Below are positions 51,286 to 59,876 of a stretch of 64,000 nucleotides of DNA, in pieces; within the stretch, counting starts at the first letter, position 1, and every line of letters starts with the position of its first letter. Position numbers and translations under genes: made by a program. The DNA is from an uncultured archaeon. Its GTDB lineage: Archaea; Aenigmatarchaeota; Aenigmatarchaeia; GW2011-AR5. The notes beneath the pieces are model-generated. The model searched no databases, was not told where the DNA came from, and was given only the letters and a program-made list of their open reading frames with translations. The stretch spans positions 36,119-100,118 of the forward strand of contig CAZRDV010000002.1 of the NCBI GenBank assembly GCA_964599215.1, given 5' to 3'.

Positions 51286-52113
51286 TTCCAGGACCTTTTT
51301 TATTCCTTCTTCCAGGCTGATTACTGCCTTCCATCCAAGCTGCTTGATTTTGCCTATGTCTGCCCTGCTGCTCCTGATTTCGTTTTTGTTGTCTCCTGCA
51401 TGCTTAACTACTGCCTTCTTTCCCAGCACGTTTTCAACCTTCTTTATTAGATTCAGAACGGATGTTTCTGTGCCGCTGCCAACATTAAAAATGCCTTTAT
51501 TGTCAATACCAAGCAGGAGTGCAGAAACAACATCATCCACATATATGTAGTCCCTTGTCTTTGACCCGTTACCGTAGACAGTAATTTCTTTGCCTTCAGG
51601 TATTTTCTTGCATAGCGTATTGACAAAGCTCTTTCCATACGGACCGTAGACATTGAAAAGCCTTGCAATAAAGGCTTCGGAAAGGAGTTCTTCTGTTTCC
51701 AGCTTATTCTTACCGTAATAAGACAACGGGCTACAGGCTTTTTCTTCTGTTGCCTCTGAATCCCCGTAAACAGCTGCTGAGGATGTGAAGATAACCTTTG
51801 CATTGTTTTCTTCAGCAGCAGAAAAAACATTTTTTGAACCAGAAAAATTGACCTCTCTTATTTTCTCTTCAGTTGCTGTTCTCAGGTCTGTCAGGGCAGC
51901 CAGATGAAAGACAACAGAACAGCCATTAACTGCCTTTTTAACAGCGGTCTGATTACAGACATCGCCTAGGATGAATTCTATATTAGAATCCAATCTCCCC
52001 CTGTTTCCTGATATTAAGTTATCAAGTACAGCTACTTCATATCCTCTTTTTACCAGGATATTGGACAGATGCGAGCCAATAAAACCGCAGCCACCTGTAA
52101 CAAGCACCTTCAT
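51280..52113 (-). CDS. NAD-dependent sugar epimerase/dehydratase (SDR extended family)
   Basis: MKVLVTGGCGFIGSHL...; YGKNK (YxxxK). Confidence 0.85.
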   Translation of the reverse strand: MKVLVTGGCGFIGSHLSNILVKRGYEVAVLDNLISGNRGRLDSNIEFILGDVCNQTAVKKAVNGCSVVFHLAALTDLRTATEEKIREVNFSGSKNVFSAAEENNAKVIFTSSAAVYGDSEATEEKACSPLSYYGKNKLETEELLSEAFIARLFNVYGPYGKSFVNTLCKKIPEGKEITVYGNGSKTRDYIYVDDVVSALLLGIDNKGIFNVGSGTETSVLNLIKKVENVLGKKAVVKHAGDNKNEIRSSRADIGKIKQLGWKAVISLEEGIKKVLEL

Positions 52114-52159
52114 AGGGAATAAATTGTAGATAATGTTTAAAAATTAATTGAACCGCGAA

Positions 52160-52951
52160 CTAAAACTTGTATCCAAGGCCCTCAAATATCTTTTTCATCT
52201 TCAGCGAATCTTTCCAGGTTATTGGAGTCTCGCTTATTATCGTGATATTTTTCTTTATTCTTAATATCTGCCTGGCAAGTGGCTCGAATGACGGTTTATG
52301 GTCCATGTTCAGGTGGTTAAGCTCTCCTTTTGCAGAGAAGTTGATATTGGAGAAGTGACAATGCAGCTGCCGGAATGGCTTTAGTTTCCTAAAGATCTCT
52401 TTGTAGTTTATTTTACCGTTGTTCCTTGCGTAGATATGGGCAAAATCAACACAGAGATTGCAGTTAGTCTCGCCTGAAAGGCGCATTAGCTCATCCAGGT
52501 CTCCGAATTGCGTGTGCTTGCCTGTTGTTTCCGGGCATAGCTGAACATCCCATTTCTTCTTTTTTATTACCTTGATCATATCCAGTATTTCTTCTTTGAC
52601 ATGCCTGTATATCTCTTCTTTGCCCTGTTTTCCGTAGTAAGCAGCATGGAAGACGATGTTGCCTGCACCCATCAGGTGGCCTCGTTCACATGAATTCAGT
52701 ATGCGCTGCTTGCTCTCTTTTATCTTTCTTTTCTCAGAAGAGGTCAGGTTTATGTAATAAGGTGCATGGATGCTTAGAATAACGCCGTGCTTCTTATTTT
52801 CTTGTCCAATCTGCTTTGCAAGGGGAAGGCCCATGCCAATGCCATGGCTGAACTGGACCTCCATGGCCTGCAGTCCTAGCTGCCTAACAGCTGACAAGCC
52901 CTCTATTGTGGATTTGGCAGGGGTGCCAGCAGGCCCAAGGAAGATTTTCAT
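52160..52951 (-). CDS. TIM-barrel AP endonuclease 2 / endonuclease IV-like protein
   Basis: LGLQAMEVQF...ILSIHAPYYINL...NIVFHAAYY...LCPETTGK...VDFAHIYA...HCHFSNI. Confidence 0.7.
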   Translation of the reverse strand: MKIFLGPAGTPAKSTIEGLSAVRQLGLQAMEVQFSHGIGMGLPLAKQIGQENKKHGVILSIHAPYYINLTSSEKRKIKESKQRILNSCERGHLMGAGNIVFHAAYYGKQGKEEIYRHVKEEILDMIKVIKKKKWDVQLCPETTGKHTQFGDLDELMRLSGETNCNLCVDFAHIYARNNGKINYKEIFRKLKPFRQLHCHFSNINFSAKGELNHLNMDHKPSFEPLARQILRIKKNITIISETPITWKDSLKMKKIFEGLGYKF

Positions 52952-52984
52952 AATATGATTATTGTTTCTGTTGATTAAAAAGAA

Positions 52985-53137
52985 TCAGGCCATGAATTTC
53001 ATGATAAGTACTACAGCAGTGAAGACAACAGTTATCCAGATAACGTGCTCTGGCTTCATCTTTACGCTGGTTTCTTCATCAAAGTATCTAATAAGGCCTG
53101 CTGTTGATTGCGGCAGGTACTGCTTATCCTTTGCCAT
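52985..53137 (-). CDS. Sec61 beta / archaeal SecG translocon subunit
   Basis: Not in the ORF track (50 aa): MAKDKQYLPQSTAGLIRYFDEETSVKMKPEHVIWITVVFTAVVLIMKFMA. Confidence 0.8.
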   Translation of the reverse strand: MAKDKQYLPQSTAGLIRYFDEETSVKMKPEHVIWITVVFTAVVLIMKFMA

Positions 53138-53185
53138 ATAATCACTATTCGAAGCCTTAATTATTTAAATTCATTTTATTGCTGC

Positions 53186-53815
53186 TTAAGAAACCAGCAT
53201 CCAGATTACAGATATCAGGATAAGTACAGAGAGCGCAAGGAGCATTATTTTTAGGCCTTTCTTCATGCCCACTTTTCTGAAGCCATAGTACATGCCTACA
53301 CTCAAGCCGCCGAAATGCGCAATGTATGATATCTGCGAAGCAGGCTCCATGATAAAACCGTATACATTATATACGGCGTAGAGGATTCCCAAGAAAGCAA
53401 GGGGAATCGGCATTATGAAAGGATAAAAGGAAAAGTCAAACGGCCTTACAAGCATTCCTACTCCTATCAATGCAAATATGCCTGCTGAAGCGCCTATGGA
53501 TAGCGAACCAAACGGGTAAATAAGCAGGGATAACAAATCACCTGCTACTGCACCCAGGAAAAATATAATAAGCATCTTCCTGCCTAGTTCTGCCTCTACA
53601 GCCATGCCGAAAAAAAGCAGGATAAATAAATTGCTTAGCAGGTGCACAATATCTGCATGCAGAAAGATGGATGTTATGAGAACCCATGGCTTCGTAAGAA
53701 GGTTCTCACCGGAAAAACCGTAATCAGCGACAAATGCATTCCGGTCTTCTACAAAGAATATAGGCAACAGGAAGCCTAGAACGCAAAGAGAAACCAGAAT
53801 AAGCGTTAGTTTCAT
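53186..53815 (-). CDS. Rhomboid-family intramembrane serine protease
   Basis: HADIVHLLSNLF, GASAGIFALIG (GxSG), AHFGG. ATG at 53815; the track start at 53821 is TTG. Confidence 0.85.
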   Translation of the reverse strand: MKLTLILVSLCVLGFLLPIFFVEDRNAFVADYGFSGENLLTKPWVLITSIFLHADIVHLLSNLFILLFFGMAVEAELGRKMLIIFFLGAVAGDLLSLLIYPFGSLSIGASAGIFALIGVGMLVRPFDFSFYPFIMPIPLAFLGILYAVYNVYGFIMEPASQISYIAHFGGLSVGMYYGFRKVGMKKGLKIMLLALSVLILISVIWMLVS

Positions 53816-53864
53816 ACTCAAATACTGTTACACCATGTTTTTATTTGAATTTTTGCCGGAAAAC

Positions 53865-53910
53865 AAGGTTTAAGAAGTTTTTGGTGATGGTATTGACAAG
53901 GTGAATAAGA
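53865..53910 (+). promoter_or_regulatory. Promoter/5' leader module, copy 2 (shared with 3422-3466)
   Basis: AAGGTTTAAGAAGTTTTTGGTGATGGTATTGACAAGGTGAATAAGA-ATG. Confidence 0.6.
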
Positions 53911-54216
53911 ATGGCATCAACTGAACCTCAGTATACATCAAAGGGTCTACCAAAAATATCCCAGGTAACAAGAGATGCACTTTTTGGTAGGTATAGTGGT
54001 AGGGAACAGCCAAATAATACAGATTATGGTAACTTTCTTACAGGGGTACAAAGAAGGTTAGTAACAGAAGACCCAGTATTGAAAGAATTTATAGAATCTC
54101 AAATCGGAAAATACCCTCGAGAACTCCATCAGCCTATGTTTGAAATTGTTGTTGGGGTGTATGGAATTTTAGAGCGTCAAGCTGAAGCTAATAAGATGGC
54201 AGATTCTGTAAAATGA
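53911..54216 (+). CDS. Hypothetical protein (101 aa)
   Basis: ORF behind the shared leader. No family recognised, and no similarity to the protein behind leader copy 1. Confidence 0.55.
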   Translation: MASTEPQYTSKGLPKISQVTRDALFGRYSGREQPNNTDYGNFLTGVQRRLVTEDPVLKEFIESQIGKYPRELHQPMFEIVVGVYGILERQAEANKMADSVK

Positions 54217-54637
54217 ATAGTCTAATGCCATACTTCATAGTCATTTCCAGAGTGACGATGGCGTGCCCTGTGGCATTTTAGGGCATAGTCGTGCAGACAC
54301 TCGATTGGTCAGCTGGTTTTGGCGTGGAAACTGGCGTTTTTCGTCAGAAAGCTGCTTATTAACCTACAAAGTTTTTGTGCAAAGCCAAAACACTCGTTAG
54401 TTTAACATATCTTTTTGAGAATAGAAAAGGTTTTATAAAGCCACAAGAAAGAGAAATACATTACACCCTTGGACAAGGTGCAATAATTTCTTGGACGCGG
54501 AATTTGGAATGACCTACATCGTAGACCATAAACTTTTTCTCGGACTGTAAAAGTATGAAAAAACAATCTAAAAAGGATTTCGCTCATCGGAAATATATTT
54601 TCGATGATTCAAAAGGTTTAAAAGGAGGTAGTGGGGC

Positions 54638-55681
54638 ATGACTGGAAAGCAATTCAACAATGTGAAAGAGGATTTTTCTGCTCATAGAGCAAGGATTCTT
54701 GTAATTGGGGCTGGAGGAGCTGGTAACAATACTGTAACAGCTCTGACAGAGATGGGTATAAAGGGCGCGACCACGGTTGCTGTCAATACCGATGCAAAGC
54801 ACCTTGGCGTAAGCAAGGCTCATCAGAAGGTTCTGATAGGCAAAAACCTTACAAAGGGCCTTGGAGCAGGCGGATACCCTGATGTAGGCAAGAATGCGGC
54901 CTTTGAAAGCAAGGATGATATAAAAGAGCTTTTGAAGGACATAGACCTTGTTTTTCTTACCTGTGGATTAGGAGGCGGCACTGGAACAGGCGCTGCACCC
55001 GTGATAGCGAAGACTGCCAAAGACCAGGGCGCAATTGTTATCGGTGCGGTTACATTGCCTTTCAAGCTGGAAGGCTCCAGGATTGTAAAGGCTGAAGAGG
55101 GCCTGACAGAGCTGAGAACCTCTTGCGACACGGTCGTTGTTGTTGAGAACCAGAGGCTGCTGGAATTTGCAGGAGACATGCCCCTGAAAAAGGCCTTTGG
55201 TGTAGCAGACGAGCTGTTTGCAACCATGATAAAAGGCATAACAGAAACAATAGCAGAACCTTCGCTTGTCAACCTTGACTATGCAGATGTGAGGGCTATT
55301 ATGCGGTCTGGAGGAGTTGCCTCTATCGGAGTAGGCGAAAGCGACTCAGAGGACAGGGCAATAGAGGCTGTTGCAAAGGCCATGAATCACCCGCTGCTGG
55401 ATGTGGAATACACAGGCGCTACTGGCGCTCTTATCCAGGTCATTGGCGGGGAGAACATGAGGTTAGACGAGATAAATGCAATAGGCGAAAGAATACAGAA
55501 AGACCTGAGTCCAGAGGCACAGGTAATCTGGGGAGCAAGAATACTCCCAGAGTATAAGGAAAAGATCCAGGTTATAACAATAATAACAGGCGTTAGGTCC
55601 CCGTTCATACTGGGCCCTATGCAGAAAGAAGAGATAGCCAAAGCCAGAGGCAGCGAACTGGGTATTGAGATTATTAGATAA
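54638..55681 (+). CDS. ftsZ: Cell division protein FtsZ
   Basis: ILVIGAGGAGNN, GLGGGTGTGAAPVIA (tubulin signature), NLDYADV. SD GGAGGT is upstream. Confidence 0.95.
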   Translation: MTGKQFNNVKEDFSAHRARILVIGAGGAGNNTVTALTEMGIKGATTVAVNTDAKHLGVSKAHQKVLIGKNLTKGLGAGGYPDVGKNAAFESKDDIKELLKDIDLVFLTCGLGGGTGTGAAPVIAKTAKDQGAIVIGAVTLPFKLEGSRIVKAEEGLTELRTSCDTVVVVENQRLLEFAGDMPLKKAFGVADELFATMIKGITETIAEPSLVNLDYADVRAIMRSGGVASIGVGESDSEDRAIEAVAKAMNHPLLDVEYTGATGALIQVIGGENMRLDEINAIGERIQKDLSPEAQVIWGARILPEYKEKIQVITIITGVRSPFILGPMQKEEIAKARGSELGIEIIR

Positions 55682-55816
55682 AAGATGAGAAGACGGGACA
55701 TTGTACTGTTTCGTCTTTAATATGAATTCCATAGGAGAGATCAGGAAGAACTTAAAACTGAGAGAACCTTAGGTTCTCGCGGTTTAGAATCATGCTGACC
55801 ACACCCCAAAAAGTTA

Positions 55817-55887
55817 GGGCAGTTGGATGTTAGATGATGATCAAGATCGATGCTCACCCGATCTTCATGATTTAATCCCAACTGCCC
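55817..55887 (+). ncRNA. Candidate structured small RNA (type and strand unresolved)
   Basis: A 12-bp outer stem GGGCAGTTGGAT/ATC(C)CAACTGCCC encloses the inner stem AAGATCG/CGATCTT. Facing ATGATGA and TCATGA strings could form tandem G.A pairs (K-turn-like). Confidence 0.35.
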
Positions 55888-55911
55888 GACTTTTTCTTTT
55901 CAGAAAAAGTC
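55888..55911. terminator. 9-bp hairpin with T/A tracts between the ncRNA candidate and the convergent gene end
   Basis: GACTTTTTC-TTTTCA-GAAAAAGTC. Confidence 0.3.
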
Positions 55912-55953
55912 TATGAAATTCTTGATTAGAAGTTAGATAAAAAAAGTCAATTA

Positions 55954-57039
55954 TCATCTCTCTCGTGTTCCTGCTATGAATTCCTCTACCATCTGCTTTG
56001 CCCTGCTGTCAGAAAACTGCTCTGGCGGCGACTTCATGGTGTAAGAAGATATTGAGGTCAGAGGCCCTGCTATCTTCCTGTCCAGGGCAAGCTTGCATGC
56101 CCTTATCGCATCAATCATGCAGCCAGCTGAGTTCGGTGAGTCTTCAACATCTAGCCTGGCTTCTATATTAATAGGGGCATTGCCAAAGATCCTGCCTTCT
56201 ATTCTCAGGAAGCACAGCTTCCTGTCCTTAAGCCAGGGCACGTAGTCGCTGGGGCTTATATGAATATTTTCCTTTTCCAAAGGTACCGGCAGCTGTGACT
56301 GCACGCTCTGCGACTTGCTTATTCGCTTGCTCTTAAGTCGGTCCATAGCAAGCATATTCATAAAGTCTGTGTTGCCGCCGACATTCAGCTGATAGGTTCT
56401 ATCTACTTTTACGCCGCGGTCAACAAACAGTTTTGTAAGAACCCTGTGGACAATGGTTGCGCCTAGCTCTGATTTGATATCATCGCCTACCACAGGCAGG
56501 CCTTTTTCTTCAAATCTCTTTTGCCAGGCAGTGTTAGAAGCTATAAAAACAGGTATGGCATTTATGAATGCAACACCTGCTTCTAGGCATTGCTCAGCTA
56601 CGTGTCTTGCTGCTTCCTCACTGCCAACAGGCAGGTAGTTTATCAGCATGTCTGCTTTGGAGCTCTTCAGCTCTTCTGCCATATTGACTGGCTCTGAATC
56701 ATCCACTAGGAAGGTGTTGTCTTCTGAGTAATCCTGCATATGCGGTGATATGCCGTCCATCACAGGAAATTTTTTAACAACAACATCAAGCTTGGGAATA
56801 TCTTTACAGAATACTGTGGTGTTGTTGGGCTTTGAGAATATTGCCTCTGAAAGGTCCTTCCCGACCTTTCTTTTATCAACATCAAAGGCTGCTACAGGAA
56901 CGATATCAGATATCCTGTACCCACCAAGAGAACTATGCATCAGGCCTGTGGTTTCCGGGTCTCTGTAGAAAAAAAGGCCCTGTATAAGCGATGAGGCGCA
57001 ATTACCCACGCCCAGTACAGCTATCCTTATCTTTTCCAT
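55954..57039 (-). CDS. myo-Inositol-1-phosphate synthase (archaeal type)
   Basis: MEKIRIAVLGVGNCASSLIQG...; ...LNVGGNTDF... Confidence 0.85.
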   Translation of the reverse strand: MEKIRIAVLGVGNCASSLIQGLFFYRDPETTGLMHSSLGGYRISDIVPVAAFDVDKRKVGKDLSEAIFSKPNNTTVFCKDIPKLDVVVKKFPVMDGISPHMQDYSEDNTFLVDDSEPVNMAEELKSSKADMLINYLPVGSEEAARHVAEQCLEAGVAFINAIPVFIASNTAWQKRFEEKGLPVVGDDIKSELGATIVHRVLTKLFVDRGVKVDRTYQLNVGGNTDFMNMLAMDRLKSKRISKSQSVQSQLPVPLEKENIHISPSDYVPWLKDRKLCFLRIEGRIFGNAPINIEARLDVEDSPNSAGCMIDAIRACKLALDRKIAGPLTSISSYTMKSPPEQFSDSRAKQMVEEFIAGTRER

Positions 57040-57109
57040 GATATCACTTTTACGATACTATAAAATAATGGTTCTCCAAGTATATAAGTTTTATCGTACA
57101 GTAAAATTT

Positions 57110-57412
57110 ATGCAGAAACCTGCTGAAAGGCTTAAGAAAAAGGTCCAGAAAGAGAACCTCTGGCTGTTCATACTCAGCCTGCTTAACAAAAAGGACAGGT
57201 ACGGCTATGAGTTAAGGGAGCTGATAAAAAAGAGGTTCGGATTCCTTTCCGGCAGTGTAACAGCCTACAAGGTTCTTTATTTACTAGAGAGAGGCGGCTA
57301 CGTCTCAAGCAAGAAAGACAAGAAGAGATATTACAAGATTACAGCCAGCGGCAGGGAACAGCTAAAAAAATCAAAGTTATTCCTTGAGTCAGTGCTTAGA
57401 TCATTAAAATGA
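57110..57412 (+). CDS. PadR-family transcriptional regulator
   Basis: LWLFILSLLNKKDRYGYELRELIKKRFGFLSGSVTAYKVLYLLERGGYV. ATG at 57110. Confidence 0.75.
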   Translation: MQKPAERLKKKVQKENLWLFILSLLNKKDRYGYELRELIKKRFGFLSGSVTAYKVLYLLERGGYVSSKKDKKRYYKITASGREQLKKSKLFLESVLRSLK

Positions 57413-57459
57413 GCTTCGGCAAACAGTACTTTAATAAGATTTGATTTATAATTAATTTT

Positions 57460-57750
57460 ATGCCTAAGGAAAAGATATCCCTGGAAACAATCAAGCATGT
57501 AGCTAAGTTGTCCAGGCTGGAGCTCACGGAAGAGGAACTAAAAAAATTCCAGAAAGACCTGGATGATATTCTTCTGGCATTCAAGGAGCTTGACAAAGCA
57601 AGACCAAAATGCCAGGCAAGTTTTCAGCCCCTGCCAATCAAAGACGTCACCAGAGAAGACAAAGAAGAAAAATGCCTGAGCAGGGAAGAGGCTCTGGCAA
57701 ACACAAAGCACAAGGAAAGGGGATTCTTCAAGGGCCCGAGAGCTGTTTGA
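57460..57750 (+). CDS. gatC: Glu/Asp-tRNA amidotransferase subunit C
   Basis: IKHVAKLSRLELTEEELKKFQKDLDDIL. Immediately upstream of gatA. Confidence 0.85.
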   Translation: MPKEKISLETIKHVAKLSRLELTEEELKKFQKDLDDILLAFKELDKARPKCQASFQPLPIKDVTREDKEEKCLSREEALANTKHKERGFFKGPRAV

Positions 57751-57751
57751 G

Positions 57752-59134
57752 ATGAATTATAATATAACTGTTAAGGAATTCCTGGAAGAAGCAAAAGCAG
57801 GAAATATAGATTATTCAGATTTCTCTTTCAGGCTGTTCAAAGAAGCAGAGAAACTGAATAAGAAGTACAGCCTCTTGCAGTGCATTGCCAAGGGCAAAGC
57901 AAAAAAAGGGCCGGAGCTGTTCGGTCTGCCAGTATCAGTAAAGGATAACATCTGCACCAAAGGCTTGCAGAGCTCTGCTGGCTCTAGCATCCTGGATGGT
58001 TACCTGCCGCCTTTTGACGCAACATCTGTAAAGAGAATCAAAGAAGCATGCGGAATGATCATAGGTAAGACAAACCAGGATGAATTCGGTTTCGGGACAT
58101 TTTCCGTGAACTCTGCCTATGGTGTGCCAAAGAATCCATTGGATCCAGCAAGAAGCTGCGGCGGCTCCTCAGGCGGGGCAGCAGGCCTAACCCAGGCACT
58201 GGACATGCCGCATGTAGCACTGGCAGAAAGCACAGGCGGCTCGATATCCTGTCCTGCTGCATTCTGTTCTGTTATAGGCCTAACACCTACTTACGGCCTG
58301 GTATCAAGATACGGGTTGATAGATTTTGCAAATTCCCTGGACAAGATAGGACCTATTGGAAGATATGTTTATGACACTGCTCTGCTGCTCTCAGTAATAG
58401 CAGGCAATGACCCTAGGGATTCAACCTCTCTGCAGGTTGCAAAAAAAGATTATACAAAGTGCATGAGCAATGATGTCAAAGGCATGAAAATAGGGGTTCC
58501 AAAAGAATATTTCAAATCAGTTGACAGTAAAATAGAAAAAACTGTCTGGGCAGCTATAAAAAAGCTGGAGGCTAACGGAGCGAAATACGAGAAAGTATTA
58601 CTGCCTAACACGAAATACGCGCTTTCAGCCTACTACATAATTGCAACAGCTGAGGCCTCGACCAACCTGGCACGCTATTGCGGGATGCGTTACGGCCTGC
58701 ACCTGAAGCTAGAAGGTAATTTTGATGAGTACTTTTCTCGTGTGCGCTCCAAGGGTTTTGGCGATGAGGCAAAGCGGCGCGTGATCCTGGGCACATTCGC
58801 CCGCATGAGCGGCTACAGAGACGCATACTATCTAAAGGCAATGCGCGTCAGAACGCTGATAATAAACGATTTCAGAAAAGCCTTTAAGAGATTCGACGTT
58901 CTGGCTGCTCCGACAATGCCAATACTTCCACCAAAGTTATCTGCGATAGCAAAGCTCTCTCCAATAGAGCAGTATCAGATGGACGTTTTAACTGTGCCTG
59001 CTAACCTTGCTGGCATGCCGATGATATCCATGCCAGCTGAAGAAAAGAAACCAATCGGCCTGCATCTGATAGGAAATCACCTTAACGAAGATAAAATCCT
59101 GCGAGCAGCTAGCGCCTACGAGGTAATGAGATGA
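57752..59134 (+). CDS. gatA: Glu/Asp-tRNA amidotransferase subunit A (amidase signature)
   Basis: GLPVSVKDNICTKG...GGSSGGAAG...STGGSI. Confidence 0.95.
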   Translation: MNYNITVKEFLEEAKAGNIDYSDFSFRLFKEAEKLNKKYSLLQCIAKGKAKKGPELFGLPVSVKDNICTKGLQSSAGSSILDGYLPPFDATSVKRIKEACGMIIGKTNQDEFGFGTFSVNSAYGVPKNPLDPARSCGGSSGGAAGLTQALDMPHVALAESTGGSISCPAAFCSVIGLTPTYGLVSRYGLIDFANSLDKIGPIGRYVYDTALLLSVIAGNDPRDSTSLQVAKKDYTKCMSNDVKGMKIGVPKEYFKSVDSKIEKTVWAAIKKLEANGAKYEKVLLPNTKYALSAYYIIATAEASTNLARYCGMRYGLHLKLEGNFDEYFSRVRSKGFGDEAKRRVILGTFARMSGYRDAYYLKAMRVRTLIINDFRKAFKRFDVLAAPTMPILPPKLSAIAKLSPIEQYQMDVLTVPANLAGMPMISMPAEEKKPIGLHLIGNHLNEDKILRAASAYEVMR

Positions 59135-59481
59135 CGACTAAACTTTTAGATAGAATAGTCAGTTATGTAACCGGCACTCCTCCAGAACCTTGGATGCCGG
59201 ATGCAACAGATGAAGAAATAATGAAAATACTCTATAGCCACACTGGAGATTTTATTTCATACGGCTCGATAGCAGTTCCTCTAAAAGAAAATGGCATCCT
59301 TTCTGACTGGGAAGAAGGGTATGTAAAATATTATTCTAATGAATTATTTGAACGGCTAGATAGATTATGGTGGTATCTTTATGTAGACAAGACTGTAATA
59401 GGAGGCTTCAAACGTGAATACAGGTTGTCTGATTTAGGTATAGGCCATATCAGGAAGATGGAAAGGGAGAATGGGTTATAA
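59131..59481 (+). CDS. Hypothetical protein (116 aa) inserted in the gatCAB operon
   Basis: Its ATG overlaps the gatA stop (ATGA). No family recognised. Confidence 0.55.
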   Translation: MTTKLLDRIVSYVTGTPPEPWMPDATDEEIMKILYSHTGDFISYGSIAVPLKENGILSDWEEGYVKYYSNELFERLDRLWWYLYVDKTVIGGFKREYRLSDLGIGHIRKMERENGL

Positions 59482-59483
59482 TC

Positions 59484-59876
59484 ATGAAAGGTATAGAAAC
59501 AAAGAAGATGGAGAACATCGGGGATGAAAAAGGCGGGATTTTCAATATAGAGGCCGGACCTGTTATAGAGATACCTGTTTTTTACAGGAAGAAGGGCGTT
59601 GTTTTCGGCAATCATTACCATACCGGCAGGGATAGTTCAAAGAACCCTGAGTTGATATTCTTCCTGAAAGGAAAGATAAGATTCATTGCCAAGAACATAA
59701 GCACCGGCGAGAAAGATGAGCTTGAACTGGAATCGCCTTTTGAACTTGTTATAGACCCCAATATCGCACATGCCTATGTTGCACTGGAAGACGTGATATT
59801 TATCGAGCCGAGAAAAACAAAATACAGCGAAAATCCTGACACCATCGCATATAATGTCATAGAGGCGGTTAAATGA
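59484..59876 (+). CDS. Cupin-fold protein (sugar ketoisomerase/WxcM-like pattern)
   Basis: DEKGGIFNIE...GVVFGNHYHTG...ELIFFLKGKIRF...PNIAHAY. Its stop overlaps the gatB ATG (ATGA). Confidence 0.55.
   Translation: MKGIETKKMENIGDEKGGIFNIEAGPVIEIPVFYRKKGVVFGNHYHTGRDSSKNPELIFFLKGKIRFIAKNISTGEKDELELESPFELVIDPNIAHAYVALEDVIFIEPRKTKYSENPDTIAYNVIEAVK

Noticed and set aside
54217-54637. SRP RNA or RNase P RNA in the long ORF-free region upstream of ftsZ.
   Set aside because: I could not find the conserved motifs I know for these RNAs, such as a GGAA/AGCA helix-8 loop context or GAGGAAAGUCC-type CR-I.
55833-55887. Calling the 55.8-kb RNA candidate a C/D-box sRNA or an H/ACA guide.
   Set aside because: A C-box-like ATGATGA and C/D-like spacing exist, but there is no CUGA D box, and the second putative guide is buried in a 12-bp stem. 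No ACA box follows the hairpin. I left it as an untyped candidate.
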